A stretch of 52,516 nt of DNA from Trichoplax sp. H2 (Eukaryota): NCBI GenBank assembly GCA_003344405.1, contig NOWV01000171.1, forward strand, positions 117,558-170,073, given 5' to 3'. Shown here piece after piece: positions 1 to 11,997 of this stretch. Made by a program: the position numbers and the translations under genes. Every line of letters begins with the position of its first letter. Within the stretch, counting starts at the first letter, position 1. Below the pieces are notes generated by a model. The model searched no databases. It saw only the letters and a program-made list of their open reading frames with translations, and was not told the origin of the DNA.

Positions 1-142
1 AAGCTTGGGTCGCTTAAAAATCTGTTTAGCGAGTCACGCGCTCGAAGTAGAAAAAGACCTGCTCAGAAGTAAAGCATTTAGCCTTGCGCTGACATCCGTA
101 CCAAACAGTCTATCAACGTTGACAAATTCTCGTTAGTCAAAA

Positions 143-879
143 ATGGGGACGGAAAAAGCTGATCCTGATGTAGAATTTCGTGGTGAGAAGCAGGCAGTTT
201 CTGGCTTCCACCTATCTAAATTGCAAGTCATATTAATAATTCTTCTATCGATTGGCGTAGTTGTATTTACTGGAATTTTTGCTGGAGTTATCTTGCCTAG
301 CATCAATGCTGCCCACAGTACAAGCACTCAGGCACCAACTACACAACCACCAGCAGGAACTAATAATCCAACATCGACTTCGAATCAAGGTGGCTCGACT
401 TCAACGCCACAGTCTGCCACTTCCAAGCCTTATGTTATTCCTTCACCTCAACCAACACAACCTACACCTACTTCTTCTTATGCCGCCGTTAACAAACCAC
501 GTTTGCCCACCGATATTGTACCTGTTCAATATTGGTTAACATTGGAAATTGATATGACCAATTTGAATTTTTCTGGTGACACTACCATCGAGGTTACTGT
601 TAAAAAAGAGACAAATACAATTATTCTTCATGCATCTGGATTGACTATGACTCAAGATCCTCAGGTGACTAATAATCGAAACTATGATGGCTCTACCACT
701 TACTACACGATTAGCACCAAGGGAACGTACGCACCCAATCAATATTACTACATGATGATGCAGAACAATTTAACACCAGGAACATATTATTTACGATTCC
801 GCCATACTGCTCCATTATCAACCCGCTTGGACGGATTATATAAATATCAGTATACTAGAGCGTCCACCGGAGAAAAAAT
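143..879 (+). CDS. Gene A exon 1 (N-terminal tail, signal-anchor TM, mucin-like Ser/Thr/Pro stalk, start of ectodomain)
   Basis: ATG at 143-145 is the first ATG after the in-frame stop. The donor is AT|GTAAGT at 880-885 (phase 2), the same phase as exon 1 of genes B and C. Confidence 0.8.
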
Positions 880-3800
880 GTAAGTTTTTATACTGGACTG
901 TCTACTGCAATCTCGTCTAAGGTTGCAGCACCTACAGTACTATGTATTTGTATAATATCGAGTTTGCAAAAACTTGTAAGCACTGCTTAAGTGGGATTCA
1001 GCCCAGCCCGATAGAGGTAGATTTTCTAGTCAATTACCAGAATGTGCAGTTGAAATTAAAATTGCTTGCCCTGTCAATTTCTGACATTGGACTATGGAAA
1101 TAGCAGCAAAAATGCTCCAGGGTTCGCTTTTATTTTTACTTTTTCCTACAGGTATTACAGAGTACACTGTACCGTAGGCTTGATAGTACTATACACTGTA
1201 AAGTACTGTGCATTGTACTACACCGTACCAGTCACCCACTGGGCGTCAGCGTTGGCAAGTCCGTAAACTATGACGATTGCCGCCATGGTTGAGTCGGTAC
1301 GGCAGTTCTAGTTTGCCACTAGTCGGTATACTATTCCTACATCTATATCGAGTCCTAGTCTGCGAAAGAAAAATATTTCTAGGAGTACAGTATATTAATC
1401 TTATTATTATTATTATTATTAAAATGGTATATTGCCAGGGTATCAGCCATCAATGTTGAAAATCAAATGGCAGCTTTAATATTACTGTATCGTAGAAGTT
1501 GTGAGAAATGGAATTATACTTTATATTTTGAGTCAATACATAACGTATAGTACTGTACCGTATACTATTTAACCTGAAGTGGCTATGCAATACGCTTTAC
1601 ATTACTGTCCATGTCTTGCCCCAAAATAAGCAAACCACAGCATTTTTATGAATACAAATTGCAAACTCTGAACTAGGAAATAGCATAATTAAATGCTGCA
1701 TTCCCAGTAAAATTTCCGATTGTGCTTGTTACTTTCCGCAAGCAGCATCTATAATAGTACAAATAGGCGTCAAACACTAAGCTATCATACATCCACACTA
1801 TTCCATAGTCATCGAGTCTCAAATACGTGCTACTAAAGATCATTTATTGCGCATGAAAAACAATTCAGTAAGCTAGAAATTTTCCGCAACGCAAGCTTAG
1901 GGAATCGATAGAACGACCGAGCTATACTAAAGCTTTGCAGTGCCGTAGTTGTCAGGAAGCGCAGGGCAAGAAACAGTAAAATTATTTCGAATCCTTGTTT
2001 CAAAAAAGGAGTGAAAAATTTCCATTAATCGAGCAACTGAACGTTTCGTAAAATACGGCGAAAAACGCCCTTACTTCTGTCCAATTTGTCAAGCAGTATT
2101 CAAACAGCCAAGACAAGTACGGTTCAGGATGCGCACGCTACAGTACGTTACGTCGAGGTGTTTACAGAGAACCTGAAAATTATAGTTAGCATATTCAAAG
2201 TTTTTACACACGACGGTACAGTATACAGGGCTGTATCTGATTCTTTGTAAAAAAAACAGCTACTGTAATCATCTGCCGTATGTACTAAGGTCAAATTGAT
2301 GGCTTAAAATTAGAATAAATTAATAATTAATTAGTGAATAATTTTCACTGTGCCGCAATGTTGATTTTCGATGAAAACGGCTTTGACGCCATACTGAATT
2401 GTGGGATATAGTACCGCACTTGAGCAGATCAATTGTCATCAAACAAATCAATATAGCCCATTACTGACTGACATTTAACTGCAGGCAACGCGACTCCAAA
2501 TGCACTAATGCGATAATGAATACTCGCGCCATTGACGTATTGTAGCTTTAGTTTGCTCAAAAATTCATCATTGTACAGTACAGTGTATACAGTAGTGTAA
2601 CATTTACTATACTAGTGCACACGATTGCAGCATGGACCGCAAATATTTGCTGCATCACGCCATGCCGAAAAGGCGAAAGCGTAACCGTATTGCATAGCAT
2701 ACCGTCAATAAGAAATTATGATTTTCGTGCGATGTAGCATGGAGCAGAAGAGGGTCGAAAATAAAACGTACACAGTATGCAATCCATGGATGCAATCAGT
2801 GTTTGAACAATGTGCATTCTATGAGTTATACTGCATATTTTATCTGTGAAACAAAGTCCAAACCAGCTCAATGCTAGTTTTTCCTTCTGATCATTACAAA
2901 TAATAAAACAACTAACAAGAAATACTACGTGCTAGCACGTATATGTCTGAAATATTATTAGTCCTTCAAAGTTGATCGGTTAAATTACGATAGGGTTTAT
3001 TCTTTTTTTTTTGATCGAGTATGCTTTCCAAGAAACCTTAAATTTGGCCAATTTAGGTGCCGTTGCCTAATTGAACGGATGGATAGTATACTGTAAGCTC
3101 CACATGTACACGAGGCTTGATGCTATAGTAGTTCGAAGGTGCACAATACTCAAACGGCTAATTCTCACTTCAGTCGCTTGTTAGTGAGTTGCCAACCACC
3201 TTAAATTCTTGCGGTGATGATGATACCGCAAGGCACCTTTTGTCGCTTGCAAAATGTAAATATCTGGCATACGGTAGCGTATTTTCGCTATTGGACCTGA
3301 AGACAGATCAAAACAAAAATCTTATGTTTTGCATTCTAACAGGTCGTGCTCATAATATACCTTTACAGTGACTTTACGATTCATTTAAGGTTAATTATGA
3401 ATACATTTATTGGCTATATCATCTGTCGTTTACTCGAGAATTAACAGCCATTTCCAGTTAGAACGCGCAATTTACTTCTAGATTTATGATCTTATGATGT
3501 CGATATCATTTTCTAATCATTAATTCAGATTAGAACACTCGTGTCAGCTAACGTCAAGCTAACACCCCAGAGGCAAATCTTCATTTTCACCTACTATAAA
3601 TAAAGGATAGTACATTGCAAGCAAAATATTATTTAGCTTGAAAAATGAAATAAAAGCGTCTTAAACACATAGTATATTTTAATATCATGGTAAATGCCAT
3701 AAATTACAATTAAAAATATTGCAATATGTTTTATAGACGAGCGTACTAAATTACATTCCAAATAAATTCTATTAAATTAGCAACATTGATTAGCCGGGTA

Positions 3801-6800
3801 TAAATACTAAAATAGCTAAATTTCGATTTTATTTAGATGGGGTGTTGGAAGCCAGTGTGAATCATTCGATGCTCGCAGGATTATACCGTGTTTTGATGAA
3901 CCAGCATTGAAAGCTAGATTTCAAACTACCCTTATCGTTCCTAGCAATTACACTTCCTCGTTAACTAATATGCTTTTAGTCGGTGAACAACCATTGCAAG
4001 GAAATAGAGTTCAATTAAGCCATGAAAGTAAGGAAATATTCAAACCGCCGGTTTTATTTGCTGATATATTTCAGCAATAGCGTTCGCAATACAGTACATT
4101 CCTTTAACTTATCGAATATGTTTATAATATTGCATTGAATTCTTAACAGTTAGTTATACGTAATGGTAGTTAGACTAATGGAAATATAGACAACGCCGAA
4201 ATTCTATTTTATTCTAATCTCTAATTCTTTTATTTAAAACAATTTTAGACACTGTTGTTATGTCATCTTATCTATTGGCATTCAGTATCACTGACTTTGA
4301 TCGAGTTGAAAGAGATGTCGGAGGCATTTTGGTAAAATTGGATGCTAACAACATTACGTGAATTATACATTAAATTTTAGATAGCGTATTCTTATTGCAC
4401 GATGATAAACAATAAAGAGGCTCTAACTTCATTATTATAACTAAAGATTAATTAATCAACTACAGTATAGGATCTGGGCCCGTAAAGCAATTAAAAATGA
4501 CGGCAACTATGCACTTGATGCTGCCATTAACATCACTACTTACTTTGAAAATTTGCTTGGCGTGAAATATCCAATGCGTAAGCAAGGTAATGGTTATCAA
4601 ATCAGGTTCATAATCCGGTATACCGTAGTGTAACGGGTGTTCAAAATATCTAACATTAGCTTATTTTTTGATTAGATCATGTTTCTGTTCCTAAATTTGA
4701 TTCGGGCGCTATGGAAAATTGGGGATTAATCTTATATAGAGAGGAATACTTGTCATATAGTCCATCTTATACCGATGCTAGAGAAAAAGAATTTATAGTG
4801 GCTATAATTGCTCACGAATTAGCTCACATGGTAAGTGTCTAAATCTTACTTCCTTTTGAATCCACAGTTCTTAGAAATGGTATCTAATGGAATTGCTATC
4901 GATGATTAATTTAATTTTAAATCCACTTCATTTGTTAATTAAAAATGTCTTTATAAGTTATAATCAGTTTGGATAGCTACTAAATCGTTATGATATTCCA
5001 CAATCGATAAGTAAGAGCTCGGGTAGTGAAAGTATCATGAACTATACTTACTCAAGTACCTAATACTAGAAAAGACCAGCTCTCGCAAATTTGTTTATTC
5101 TAGATGCAAACTATCGTATCTACAGTTATAATATCCAATATATTTATCTTTCTTAATAGTGTATTAGCAAACTAGTTAAACTAAATTTTAATTTAGCGAC
5201 ATTAATTGTTACTGTACGCTCTGTTAGCCTATATTTGCCTACTCGTATATGTACGTATCATGTAATGTATATTCTTTATAATTCTCACTTTAAAATTTTT
5301 AAGATACATTCAGTAGTCGATAAAATGACTTTGTCAGTATTAAAACATTCTCTATGTAATGTTTGCTTCAGGCAAATGCTTTCTGAAATTGTTTTAAACG
5401 ATCATTTTAATGGCGATATGAAACTTATCATATGAAATTTTTTCAGCCTGTTTCTATACAGCAATATCTTCATTATTATCTGAATTGAAAGCTATCGGGT
5501 ATTTCATATACCGTGCAATAGCTGAATTATTTTTACTACTATTTTATTATTTAGCTATAATTTTCGCTCGTATGTAGCTAGTTGTGAAAAGCTGATTATA
5601 AGACTTGAGTGAAGTGATACTAAGAACAGATATGAGGTTAGTTTAACTCATTTTTCATTTGTTGTAGTGGTTCGGTAACTTGGTTACTATGGTTTGGTGG
5701 AACGATTTATGGCTAAACGAAGCTTTTGCAAGTTACTTTGAATATATAGGACAGACAAACTTTGCCCCTGAAACCCTCGGCGTAAGAATAATTTTATTAA
5801 TTATAATGAAAATCATTTCTCCTGTATTTAAAGTTATTAGATATATTTTAGTAAATAACCGATAACCTAGGAATTATTTAATTAACGTCAAGTTGTCTTT
5901 TGAAATTTATAGTGGGATTCCTTTGTTGGTTATGACATGAATTCTGCACTCGTTAACGATCAAACTCCAACATCTCATCCAATTAGTCCTCCAGAACAAT
6001 ACGGTCCTTTCTTCGATAGGATTACTTACCAAAAGGTGAGGATTATCATATCTCTTCTCCCTTCAAGACCAAATATATGAATAGTTATAATTACAAATTA
6101 TTGTCTACTCCAGACAATTAATTGCGATTGTAATTGTTGTAGGGTGCTACCGTTCTTCGCATGATCGATAACTATCTTGGTCGCCAACCTTTCCTCGATG
6201 GATTAAGGGTATTGTATTATATATTACAGCATAAATATCCGAGTATACGATATGAAAAAGCAACAATATCTAAAATGTTAATAAATAAAGTTATTTTTAT
6301 CGTTCTACAGCATACTTATTTGTAGATTTTAACACTTTCGTAATTAAATAACTAATTTCAATGCTTTAATGTTTTAAAATAGAATTACTTGGTCAACTTT
6401 AACTACTCAAATGCTATTGCATCAAATCTGTTCGACCGTATGACAGAAGTATGTCTAAAGCCTATTAAGAATTGATATAACTATCTTCTAGTTAACTCTA
6501 AGAAATTAAATTCTTTTAAGACATACACACTTTTGAGTGTTATCTGCACATAATTTTACTTGGTAAAAATGCAATATTAAGATGTGTTTAATTTGTAGTT
6601 ATAATGATTCTTTCGTATTTTTCCCTAAAAGCGATATAACGGTATAAATGTTACTGAACTTATGGGTCCATGGGTATACCAAATGGGCTATCCCATTGTT
6701 ACTGTAACCCAAGATTCTGCCAACAACAGAGGAATGTTATCACAACAACGCTATCTAACCAATAAGGACTTAAATCCAAGTGTAGATCCATCAACACAAC

Positions 6801-9583
6801 CATATAGATCACCATACGGGTAACTATTATACGTTACAAATGGTGATATATTTAATTGCCTATCTAAAATTATATTATTAATTTTATGAGTTGTGTAATA
6901 ATCTGTGATTTAAATAAGTCGAAAAAATTAATACGATAGCACAAATTCTTAAAAATTAAAGAATTTTTAAACACGCTGCTAACCATTTATTGATCATACT
7001 TTTCTACCTTACCTAGCTATAAATGGAATATTCCGATCACTTGGTTTGTAGGCTCTGCACCTAGTACTATTAACAGAGGGATGTTTAATAGGACATCACG
7101 TAAGTTTTCAACTGGAAAGTACTTCCAAACGAATTGTTCTACGCGACGAAATTAATTAATTTATCTTTCTCAATTTAGAATCTATGACCGTTTCCTGGCC
7201 GCAAAACACTTGGATTAAGATTAATGCAGGAAGTATGGGTTTCTATCGTGTTAACTACCCACAATCTAATTGGGATCAATTAGCTGCTGCTTTGAATGCA
7301 AACCCTAACGTAAGTTAAACTTTAAGCACAGCCTATACACTATCCATTATAGCACTCTTCGCAGTCCTTAACTATAGTGTTTAAACATGTATGAAGATTG
7401 ATTTTACTTATAATAACTCATGTTATACGATATTGATACGCTATATCATGAATAGCAATTTACTAAGAGAGATGCTGCTGGATTAATTTTGGATTCGATG
7501 GCCTTTGCATCGTAAGTCTGTGTGTTATCATGTTGGAAAAGTAGACATAATTCCAATTACCAGTGTAATTTTAAGTAAATTTCTAGTATTTGAAGATATA
7601 AAAGTCTTGACATTTTCTCATAACAACTTAAATAATTTTATGATATTATAGGACAGGACGCTTGACATACAGCACTGCATTATCCATCACTAATTACTTA
7701 GCTAAAGAAAGTGCATACGTACCCTGGTATGTCACATGGGCAGCCTTCTTAGACTATCAACGACGTTTAGCGGCTAGACCCTCGAACCAATATTTTAGGG
7801 TAAACTTAATGACCTATAATATAATTTGCTTATGAATCGACTCCATGTACAAATTTTTGTTGATAATATTCTGGATCCAACCTTACTTTTTATGGTTATT
7901 CATTCATAACCTAATACCTTCTTAAAACATAGAACTATTACGTAAAAATCTTGAAACCACAAGTAGATGCAATTGGCTTTGTTGGAACTGGAACTCATAC
8001 TGAGAGGTTCGTAGGTGTTCTAGAACTTTCATCGATCTCATAGTCGGTCAGAATACAGTAATTTATCAATTTTCTAGATTTTAAGTAAATTTAAAGCATC
8101 ATAGCTTAGAATGAAATTGTGATGATCATCATTATCTACGAAAGCCATGACATTATACTTAGTGATTTATGGGATCTTTAATTATCACCCTCTTTCAAAC
8201 AAAATTATAGTTTCGTTGTTACCGCGGTTATAACAGATAATTTTCATTTTCTCTTAGACTACTCCGAGAAATAATCATGGATGCTGCCTGTTATCAAGGC
8301 TATGAACCATGTGTTCAAAATGCAACGGCTATGTTAAGAAATTACATGAGCAATTCCACCACCAACGCGTTAGTATGGCGTAATATTTATTTCACCAACA
8401 TGACTATCCCTTTGATAAAATAATTTTACTCCTATACATTTCTATTACTAGGGAAAATTAAATAATTTTCATATAAGTAGTAATTAATTTATTAATTTTA
8501 TATCAATTTTAGTGTTCCAACTGATCTAAAGGAAGTAGTTTACCGTTATGGTATCATGTATGGTGGTAGTGCTGAATGGGACTTCCTTTGGAGCCAATAT
8601 CATTCTTCTATAACCATCCCTGATAGAGACAAAATATTTTACGCTTTGTCTTTTTCAAGAAATCCTGCCAGCATTAGAAAGTAAGCTTGACTATATTATA
8701 ACTTTCTTCCAAGTGTTTAAATATCTTGCAAAAAATATATTAATTTAATCAAAAAGCTGTATGCAGTACCATGTGCTGCCGTTAAGAGTTTCTCTATAAG
8801 TGACTATATACTATATTTTAAACTCTATGCTCTTCGCCGATAGTACATAAAAATATGGTTGCCTATATGAAAGTAAATCTTTGTTGATAATTTAGCTGTA
8901 GTCTAATAAGGCAATCGTTTCGGCATTATAGGTTTTTAAGCTACGCTATGGATCCTACCAAGATCGATAGGGCTGATACCTACTTGGTAATGTTATACTT
9001 GGCCAGAAATCCAGTTGCTAGACCCTTCGTCTGGGATTTCTTCGTAGAAAACAAGGCTTGGTTCAAGAATAGGTAACATACGGATCTTAAGATTAATCAA
9101 ACAATCAGTTGCTTTAAAGTTTCTTAATTTTACTGAAATTTAAATTTAACTTATGCTAAAATCTAGTACATTTTGAAGGTTTATTGTATTAGCTAAGTAT
9201 ATTAACTTATTCATCAATTCTAGATATAACAACTTGAGGTATCCCGCCTATTATGCAAGCTTGTACTTTGATGATGATCATAACTATGCTCGGGTATGAT
9301 TTGTTTTAAGTTTCTTAATATTTGGTTTAATTTGAGATAAAGATGTTAATATTATTATTAGTGTAATAACGACAAGTTGGATTTTAACTGACGAACGAGT
9401 CTTAAACAATCTCTCGTTTTATTATTTGATTAGGTTGAGAAATTCTTCGCTGATAATCCAGAGAATACTTATTACACGACCAGGGTAGAAAGAAACACCT
9501 TGAACCGTATTAAAGCTAACAAGAATTGGTTAACAAATCATGAAATGCGTTTTACTAAAGCTTGTCGCGATAACAGCATGTAG
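143..9583 (+). CDS. Gene A: membrane alanyl aminopeptidase (aminopeptidase N-like, M1 family). Span is start codon to stop codon, with about 20 exons.
   Basis: Exon 1 is ORF 143-883 with an in-frame stop at 134-136 just upstream. It encodes a cytoplasmic tail, TM anchor ([25 protein letters not shown]) and S/T/P-rich stalk. Downstream exons encode [43 protein letters not shown] and GYYRVNY-type M1 motifs. The terminal exon ends ...KACRDNSM with stop TAG at 9581-9583. Confidence 0.85.
1401..1420. repeat. (TTA)n microsatellite in intron 1 of gene A
   Basis: ttattattattattattatt read directly from the sequence. Confidence 0.9.
2025..2176 (+). pseudogene. Decayed C2H2-zinc-finger-like ORF fragment within intron 1 of gene A
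   Basis: The translation [50 protein letters not shown] contains a TGEKPY-type linker (YGEKRPYF) followed by CPIC…F, but lacks the His pair. A stop codon lies immediately upstream (…TTC CAT TAA). Confidence 0.3.
3837..4027 (+). CDS. Gene A exon 2 (…[19 protein letters not shown]…)
   Basis: Acceptor is tttatttag|A. The frame continues from the phase-2 donor of exon 1. It encodes the conserved FPCFDEP-type segment homologous to exon 2 of genes B and C. Donor is GAAA|GTAAGG. Confidence 0.7.
4249..4331 (+). CDS. Gene A exon 3 (…[28 protein letters not shown])
   Basis: Acceptor is ttttag|AC and donor is TTG|GTAAAA. The frame is continuous with exon 2. It carries the YL(L/I)AF motif typical of M1 aminopeptidases. 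Confidence 0.7.
4466..4586 (+). CDS. Gene A exon 4 ([40 protein letters not shown])
   Basis: Acceptor is ctacag|T and donor is CAAG|GTAATG (phase 1). It is homologous to gene C exon [17 protein letters not shown]…YPLPKL. Confidence 0.7.
4676..4830 (+). CDS. Gene A catalytic exon: GAMEN exopeptidase motif and HEXXH zinc site (…[19 protein letters not shown]…[10 protein letters not shown])
   Basis: GAMEN is at 4705-4719 and HELAH at 4813-4827. Acceptor is attag|A and donor is ATG|GTAAGT. The same exon boundaries are found in genes B and C. Confidence 0.85.
5668..5781 (+). CDS. Gene A exon encoding [38 protein letters not shown] (second zinc-ligand Glu exon)
   Basis: Acceptor is gttgtag|T and donor is GGC|GTAAGA. 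It carries the WLNE(G/A)FA motif that is C-terminal to HEXXH in M1 peptidases. Confidence 0.8.
9434..9583 (+). CDS. Gene A terminal exon ([49 protein letters not shown])
   Basis: Acceptor is ttag|G. The C-terminus is homologous to the last exons of genes B and C, which begin (V/I)KEFF and encode an …A(I/L)E…W(R/V)… segment. Stop is TAG at 9581-9583. Confidence 0.75.
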   Translation, partial: VEKFFADNPENTYYTTRVERNTLNRIKANKNWLTNHEMRFTKACRDNSM

Positions 9584-11737
9584 TAGATAAACAGCTCAAT
9601 GAATAATCAAACATACTTTTCGGTTGGATTATTATTTAGATTTACAGGCCGTAATATTTGTTGCGTAATCAATCGTGTTTTACTCATTAACTGATCATCT
9701 TCATTGTAAAAGTTTCTTTTATCTTTTACAATTTGAACGCTTACTTACTATTAGCTATCTTAATTTAGAGATTAATATTTTCGAGGCCTAGTTTTACTAC
9801 TTGTTGGCTACTAAGGAATGAGATTTGACTCTATTTAGATAGTTGCTAACCGACCGAAGTTATATTTTCCTCAAAATATGCAACTGCAGTGCTTTTGATT
9901 ATTTGTGGATACGATTAAAACAAGAGTAGATTTATGGTTTATAGCTCTGTTGTTGATATAATGTTATCAGATTTAAATTGTTTCATTAGTGCTAAAGTAG
10001 GCTGATTTGTCATAGTATAATAAAGGTTTTAAGTTGTAACCTCACGGAAAAGTTTATCTGCGAGACTAATGCGCAGTTATTAATTATCTGACAACAGGCA
10101 TTATGGAACACGATTTCTTTCAATTTCCAGTAAATTAATGATTCACTCTATCTACTATCTCAGATAGAAGCGCTGAAATTCCCTAACACTTTTGATAATA
10201 TCAGTTATCACTACTACACACTTTGTAGCAAAGAGTTTCAATGATGTCAAATTAATAAGTAGTTACGTTTTCCTTATAGCTGACATTCGACATGGAATGA
10301 TTTATTAGTGCTCATGTTAGTAGTTACATTAGCCTGATAGCGTCTTCATATTACTTCACTAAAACTTGAGACATACTCGTAATAAAGAGGAGGTCAAAGC
10401 CGCCGAGGCTTTCTGACTTTAAGAACTTAATAAAACTATAATAGTCTATTCAAGGATAAAAACTTAAATTAACAAAATTCATGAAAGATGCTTAGTCACT
10501 GATATTGTAACTTAAATCTATACATTATTTCCCAAAAATCAAATATATAATCGCAATAGTAATATAATCCTGTACCCAAAATCATTACGCAGCTAAAATA
10601 GTTGTAGAGAATAGTACTTAAATTGGTTACATGAATTCTTTTTTGTAAGAATAGAAATTGTTAAACCGCTTCTAGAGAATATAAACTAATAGCCCTTGAT
10701 ATAAGCGACATCATATCTATCTGACATGTTCGCACTGTCATATTATGCCAGGATATAAAACGACTATGGAGGTAAGCTTTGTACAGCTAATCACTGTCTT
10801 CGATCAAATTTTAGCAAAGTGATTCTCAAATTTCTACTGTTTCAACATTCTATATAGTTAGCTAGCGGAAAACGGAGTCGTGGTTTTATTTATCAATAAG
10901 TTACCGTGTATCTAATAAAACAAGAGGATATAATAATTTCTCAGATGATTAAAAAATTTACAAGTTATCGATTGTCAAGTAACTGTTATGGCATAGATAT
11001 AAAATACAAACTAGGTTCAAGTATTATTTTGTGTTGCATTAAACATGCACTGTAACTTCGCTGGGAATAATTTCATACCGCTTACCTGTACCTGTATTAA
11101 ATTATCAAGTAATATAATTAATAATTAACGAAGTTCTGGATTACGTTGTTAGATATATTTCGTTAAACATTTTGTATATTATACTACTCTGTTAAGTCAG
11201 TTGAAATCGAATCATCCTTAAAATTTTCAAAGCGCAAAGTGTTACATCTCTTCTTGTAAGATTAACTTTAAAAATTCCTTTTTATTTTCTCTTTATCAGT
11301 AGTAATAGTATTTTCATTTATTAGTAAAATATTGATCAATTCTATAAACAAAACCTATTAAGTAATATTATTCATAACAATCAAGCTTTCTTGCATTGCA
11401 TTACACCACTAACTAGGCAATCGCTAGATTTCTTTAAGAAAACTAGTACATAAGTAGAGACCGATATCAAAACTATATTAATCTCCAAACCAGTCCATAC
11501 CTAATATCGAAATAAAATCTTTAAAATGTTTACATGATAAGAACAGTATAATGATTCTTAGATAATTGCCAAATTTTGCTTGTTAGATGCTTGAATTAGT
11601 CTACAGTATAACAATATATAGTATACGCGTAATTTGCATTAATACGAATTAAAATTAGCATTCCTTTACTGTTAGAAATCAATCTTAACTTCGAGTGTGA
11701 TTAAATAATTGAGATCTTGTATAACTGTAAAGTGCAT

Positions 11738-11997
11738 TCATTTAATCTGTTGTTGTAACTGATTGGCAATATCATGACATCCACATTCTTGTAAATCCAT
11801 AATTAATCGGAACGGTATGGCCTTTCGGCCTGATTTCATCAACCACTGATTTAACATAAGACGAACTTTATCATCAACCGCATTTTCCATATGATCAGTA
11901 ACATTTAAATCGAACTTAGATAAACCTAGTCTTTTGGCTAATTCTGTCCATTTATTGCCAATATTTTCCATGACGCACTTGAAAAATGGTGACACGG
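11738..11997 (-). CDS. Ankyrin-like gene terminal exon: death domain
   Basis: Minus ORF 11738-11995: …WTELAKRLGLSKFDLNVTDHMENAVDDKVRLMLNQWLMKSGRKAIPFRLIMDLQECGCHDIANQL… matches the death-domain pattern (W..LA..LG.S..DI..I…LL..W..R.G..A…L…L…I). Acceptor is ttactag|CC. Stop is at 11738-11740. Confidence 0.75.

Noticed and set aside
261-742. Alternative-frame ORFs (261-539 on +, 536-742 on −) overlapping gene A exon 1
   Set aside because: The in-frame aminopeptidase reading (143-879) has a TM anchor and conserved downstream homology. The overlapping frames give Leu/His-rich nonsense typical of off-frame translation.
1985-2000. A tRNA-like T-loop string (ttcgaatcc)
   Set aside because: There are no flanking acceptor or anticodon stems, and no A/B box spacing. 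It is an isolated 9-mer.
5235-5865. ORFs 5235-5435 and 5680-5865 within gene A
   Set aside because: ORF 5680-5865 is just the catalytic-region exon (5668-5781) read through into the following intron. ORF 5235-5435 is intronic, AT-rich and lacks homology.
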